Source of the DNA: Metabacillus sp. | Lineage (GTDB): Bacteria > Bacillota > Bacilli > Bacillales > Bacillaceae | Reading direction: 5' to 3' | DNA length: 41,435 bases | Assembly (NCBI GenBank): GCA_035645575.1 | Contig: DASQMK010000604.1 | Location: 1 to 41,435, forward strand | In this document: in pieces, positions 38,715-41,435 of the stretch | How positions within the stretch are numbered: the first letter of the stretch is position 1 | Layout of the letters: each line of letters starts with the position of its first letter | Translations under genes and position numbers: made by a program | The notes under the pieces: model-generated | What the model was told of the DNA's origin: nothing | Seen by the model: the letters and a program-made list of their open reading frames with translations, nothing else | Database searches by the model: none

Positions 38715-38870
38715 CTTATTAAAGAAAGACATGAAGGGATTTTGCATGTAGCTGAAGGTCTGATATCTAGATGCATTAGCGTTTTTGAACTGAACGGATG
38801 CCAAAAGTTAGACTTGATTCCTTAGAAAATGAAATTATTTTCGTATAAAAATGATCAAGCAATAAATGTA

Positions 38871-38900
38871 AGTCTTTCCAACAGGGAAGGCTTTTTTTGT
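38871..38900 (+). terminator. Intrinsic terminator downstream of the nitroreductase
   Basis: agtctttcc-aacag-ggaaggct followed by a T-run. Confidence 0.6.
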
Positions 38901-39240
38901 TATTGTAAATTGAATTTATATATCCTGTGCTTTAAATAAAAGATCAGCAAGGCTTCGATTTCTCACCATAAAGTTTGTGAAATTGGTAAAAAAGACTGAA
39001 TGAAATCTACAGGTTTACATTTCCTTGTAAGGATTCCATAATAAAAAGGTGAACATTAACTTAAAAATAATAATTATTGTTAAGTTTTGATGCGTTTTTA
39101 GAACGATAAGTGGTGATATACAGAATAAATTTAAATAAAATGACAAAAGTTGTTTGCTTATCAGATAAGTTAATGGTAGTATTCTAATATAAATTTTTAT
39201 TAGTTTAAAGCAATCATTATTTATTTGATGGAGGGGTTTT

Positions 39241-40095
39241 ATGGAAGGGTATAGTTCACTTTCAAAAAGGTTTAAGAAAGAATACAAGATTTATATTGTA
39301 GCTTTTCTAATCCTGTTGCTTGCAGATTCGATTGGTTCATTCGCAATACCGCTTGGTCCTGGTATGGTGTACATCTTCCCTATTTTTTATGGAATTATTA
39401 TAGGTTTGATTTTAGGCCCCGATCTTATAGGATTTTTTAAAAAGGAAGAGGTAAAAGCAGCATCTCCTTTAGTTTTAGTGGCCATTGCTCCTTTTATTGT
39501 TAAGCTTGGAATTCTAGGGGGAGGCAATATACCGAAACTTCTTGAGGTTGGACCGGCTTTATTACTTCAAGAGCTAGGAAACATTGCTACCGTGTTTATT
39601 GCTTTACCATTAGCGCTCCTTCTTGGTTTAAAAAGGGAAGCTGTGGGTGCCGCACACTCCATTGATAGAGAAACGAATCTAGGCCTAATAAGCAATCTCT
39701 ATGGTCCATCGTCACCTGAAATGAGAGGAACGTTATCCGTCTATATTATTGGTGGGTTAATAGGAACCATCTACATGGGTTTTTTAGCTACTTTAGTAGC
39801 ATCAACAGGTTTATTTCATCCCTATGCGTTAGGAATGGCATCAGGTGTAGGGTCAGGAATCATGATGGCTTCTGCTACTGCCAGCTTGGCTCATATGTAC
39901 CCTTCATTTGCTGAAGAAATCTTAATGCTTGGTGGTGCAAGTGATATGCTGACAGGATTAACCGGTATCTACGCTGCGTTATTCATAGCTTTGCCTCTTG
40001 CAAACAAGCTTTATAGCGTATTAGAACCAAAAATAGGTAGAGGTAGAAAATCCAAAAAAGACATGACGAACAATGAAGAGAGGGAAATAGGATGA
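39241..40095 (+). CDS. DUF3100 family multi-pass membrane protein (putative transporter subunit)
   Basis: GPALLLQELGN, KREAVGAAHSIDRE, HPYALGMASGVGSG.MM recognised as DUF3100. Confidence 0.8.
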   Translation: MEGYSSLSKRFKKEYKIYIVAFLILLLADSIGSFAIPLGPGMVYIFPIFYGIIIGLILGPDLIGFFKKEEVKAASPLVLVAIAPFIVKLGILGGGNIPKLLEVGPALLLQELGNIATVFIALPLALLLGLKREAVGAAHSIDRETNLGLISNLYGPSSPEMRGTLSVYIIGGLIGTIYMGFLATLVASTGLFHPYALGMASGVGSGIMMASATASLAHMYPSFAEEILMLGGASDMLTGLTGIYAALFIALPLANKLYSVLEPKIGRGRKSKKDMTNNEEREIG

Positions 40096-40538
40096 AGATT
40101 ACGGAATGGGTTGCTGTATTAGTTTTTGTTGCAATTGCCATAATCACTTCTAATCTAATAGGGTACGATGTATCCGTATTTGATTCTTTGAATGGAGTTC
40201 TGATTTTATGTGGCATTGCCCTAATCGCGGTATTATTATCAAAGGTCATTCCATTGAAAGTGCCAATTATTCTTTTATGTTCATTATTAGGTTTATTATT
40301 CGCTTCGCCTATCTCTCCAATAGGAGATGTCGTCACAGAATCAACAAGTAAAATTGAATTTAAGGCTCCTCTTACGATTGTAGGTGCATTGGCTGGGATC
40401 TCAATAGGTGCAAGCTTTCACTTATTTAGAAAACAAGGCTGGAAAATGTTTGTTATTGCTCTGGTTGTGATAACAAGTACGTACGTAGGTTCTTTAGTGA
40501 TTTCACAACTTGTATTAAAACTTACAAATGCCATTTAA
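40092..40538 (+). CDS. Small 4-TM membrane protein, probable partner of DUF3100
   Basis: ATGA overlap with DUF3100; hydrophobic; LAGISIG...GWK motif. Confidence 0.75.
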   Translation: MKITEWVAVLVFVAIAIITSNLIGYDVSVFDSLNGVLILCGIALIAVLLSKVIPLKVPIILLCSLLGLLFASPISPIGDVVTESTSKIEFKAPLTIVGALAGISIGASFHLFRKQGWKMFVIALVVITSTYVGSLVISQLVLKLTNAI

Positions 40539-40575
40539 TAAAGAGATATATAAAAATAACTAGAGGTTGGATCAT

Positions 40576-41435
40576 ATGAAAAAATTAACCGAAAGTGATT
40601 TAATTATCAGAGACTGTTCTATCCTTACAGCTGAGTTTGAAATAAAACATAAACAATCGATTGTAATAAAAAACAGTACAATTTTAGCAGTTGATGTTAC
40701 TTCTGTTATTAGCGAAACCTATCAATCCATGTCATCTATCGATGGTAGAGGAAAGCTGTTCATGCCTGGTTTTGTCGATGCACATATGCATACATGCCAA
40801 CAATTATTAAGAGGAAGAATTGCTGACGAATATCCAATGATTTGGACTCGCATAATGGTTCCGTTTGAAAGCAATTTAAGAGAAGAGGATGTGCATATAA
40901 GTGCGCAACTAAGCTGCTTAGAAATGATAAAGAGCGGAACAACTGCTTTTGTTGATGCGGGGGGAACTTTTATGCATAAAGTTGCGGAAACGGCGATTCA
41001 ATCTGGCTTAAGGGCCGCGATTACCTGCTCAACAATGAATGCAGGGAACCAAATTTCCGAAAACATGAAATCAACAGAAGAGGAGTTACTAAAGAGGAAT
41101 ACTCAGTTATTTAATGAGTTTCATGGTTTAGGAGATGGAAGACTAAATGTTTGGTTTTCTCTTCGTTCGATCATTTCATGTACCCCAAGCTTAATTACAA
41201 AAGTATTTGAAAAAGCAAAAGAACTAAATACTGGTGTTCAAGCACATATGAATGAATATCCAAATGAAATTAGCTTTTGTTTGGAGAATTTCCAGAAGAG
41301 ACCTTTTGAATTTCTCGAATCATTAGGTGTCCTGGATTCGAATTTCCTGAGTGCACATAGTATCCTTCTTTCCGAAAATGAAGTTGACATCCTTAAACAT
41401 TACGATGTGAAAGTTGCTCACTGTCCAATAAGTAA
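40576..41435 (+). CDS. Amidohydrolase (MtaD/AtzA/TrzA-like deaminase), truncated by the window end; not in the ORF track
   Basis: GAGG RBS, ATG 40576; MPGFVDAHMH, EMIKSGTT.FVD.GG, QAHMNE, AHS, VAHCP; frame open to the end. Confidence 0.88.
   Translation, partial: MKKLTESDLIIRDCSILTAEFEIKHKQSIVIKNSTILAVDVTSVISETYQSMSSIDGRGKLFMPGFVDAHMHTCQQLLRGRIADEYPMIWTRIMVPFESNLREEDVHISAQLSCLEMIKSGTTAFVDAGGTFMHKVAETAIQSGLRAAITCSTMNAGNQISENMKSTEEELLKRNTQLFNEFHGLGDGRLNVWFSLRSIISCTPSLITKVFEKAKELNTGVQAHMNEYPNEISFCLENFQKRPFEFLESLGVLDSNFLSAHSILLSENEVDILKHYDVKVAHCPIS

Noticed and set aside
38786-38813. tgaactg...ccaaaagttagac resembling an IS3/IS150 terminal repeat
   Set aside because: Single degenerate end with no partner and no transposase remnant.
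39012-39031. tttacatttccttgtaag resembling the glpQ promoter (possible Pho box)
   Set aside because: Only one good hexamer and no 11-bp periodic series.
39015-39287. 90-aa minus-strand ORF
   Set aside because: Low-complexity AT-rich frame across the DUF3100 promoter, with no RBS.

Overview
Low-GC Bacillaceae chromosomal window (sporulation genes cwlJ/gerQ/DUF3231, sigma-54/SigL promoter, Pho boxes, cre sites). It is a patchwork of accessory metabolic modules and decayed DNA, with no rRNA, tRNA or CRISPR array. In order: (1) three same-strand small genes separated by copies of a ~43-bp imperfect repeat; (2) a minimal type-3 dicopper protein and a Pho-box glpQ; (3) an uncharacterised monosaccharide locus (divergent sensor SBP, CUT2 ABC transporter, ASRT-family protein, YesM/YesN-type two-component system, PMI-like cupin, no kinase); (4) an erythromycin-esterase-family lipoprotein, remnants, an orphan LexA-box promoter, cwlJ-gerQ, a dif-like site, a HAD hydrolase and an inactivated type I (holin-like) toxin locus with an inserted palindromic element; (5) a fructosamine utilisation operon (frlB-SBP-permeases-frlD-frlR); (6) CPBP protease, DbpA/YxiN helicase, des desaturase followed by a DesR-like regulator with a degenerate HTH and no desK; (7) a Pho-box operon of two secreted phosphoesterases; (8) a sigma-54-driven formaldehyde dehydrogenase plus aquaporin operon with a divergent AcoR-like activator; (9) a nitroreductase and a DUF3100 two-gene membrane module with an amidohydrolase running off the window end. 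Best candidates for undescribed systems: the ASRT/cupin sugar locus, the FdhA-aquaporin sigma-54 module, the repeat-bounded cassette-like array and the minimal dicopper protein. All family assignments come from motif recognition by eye; no searches were run.
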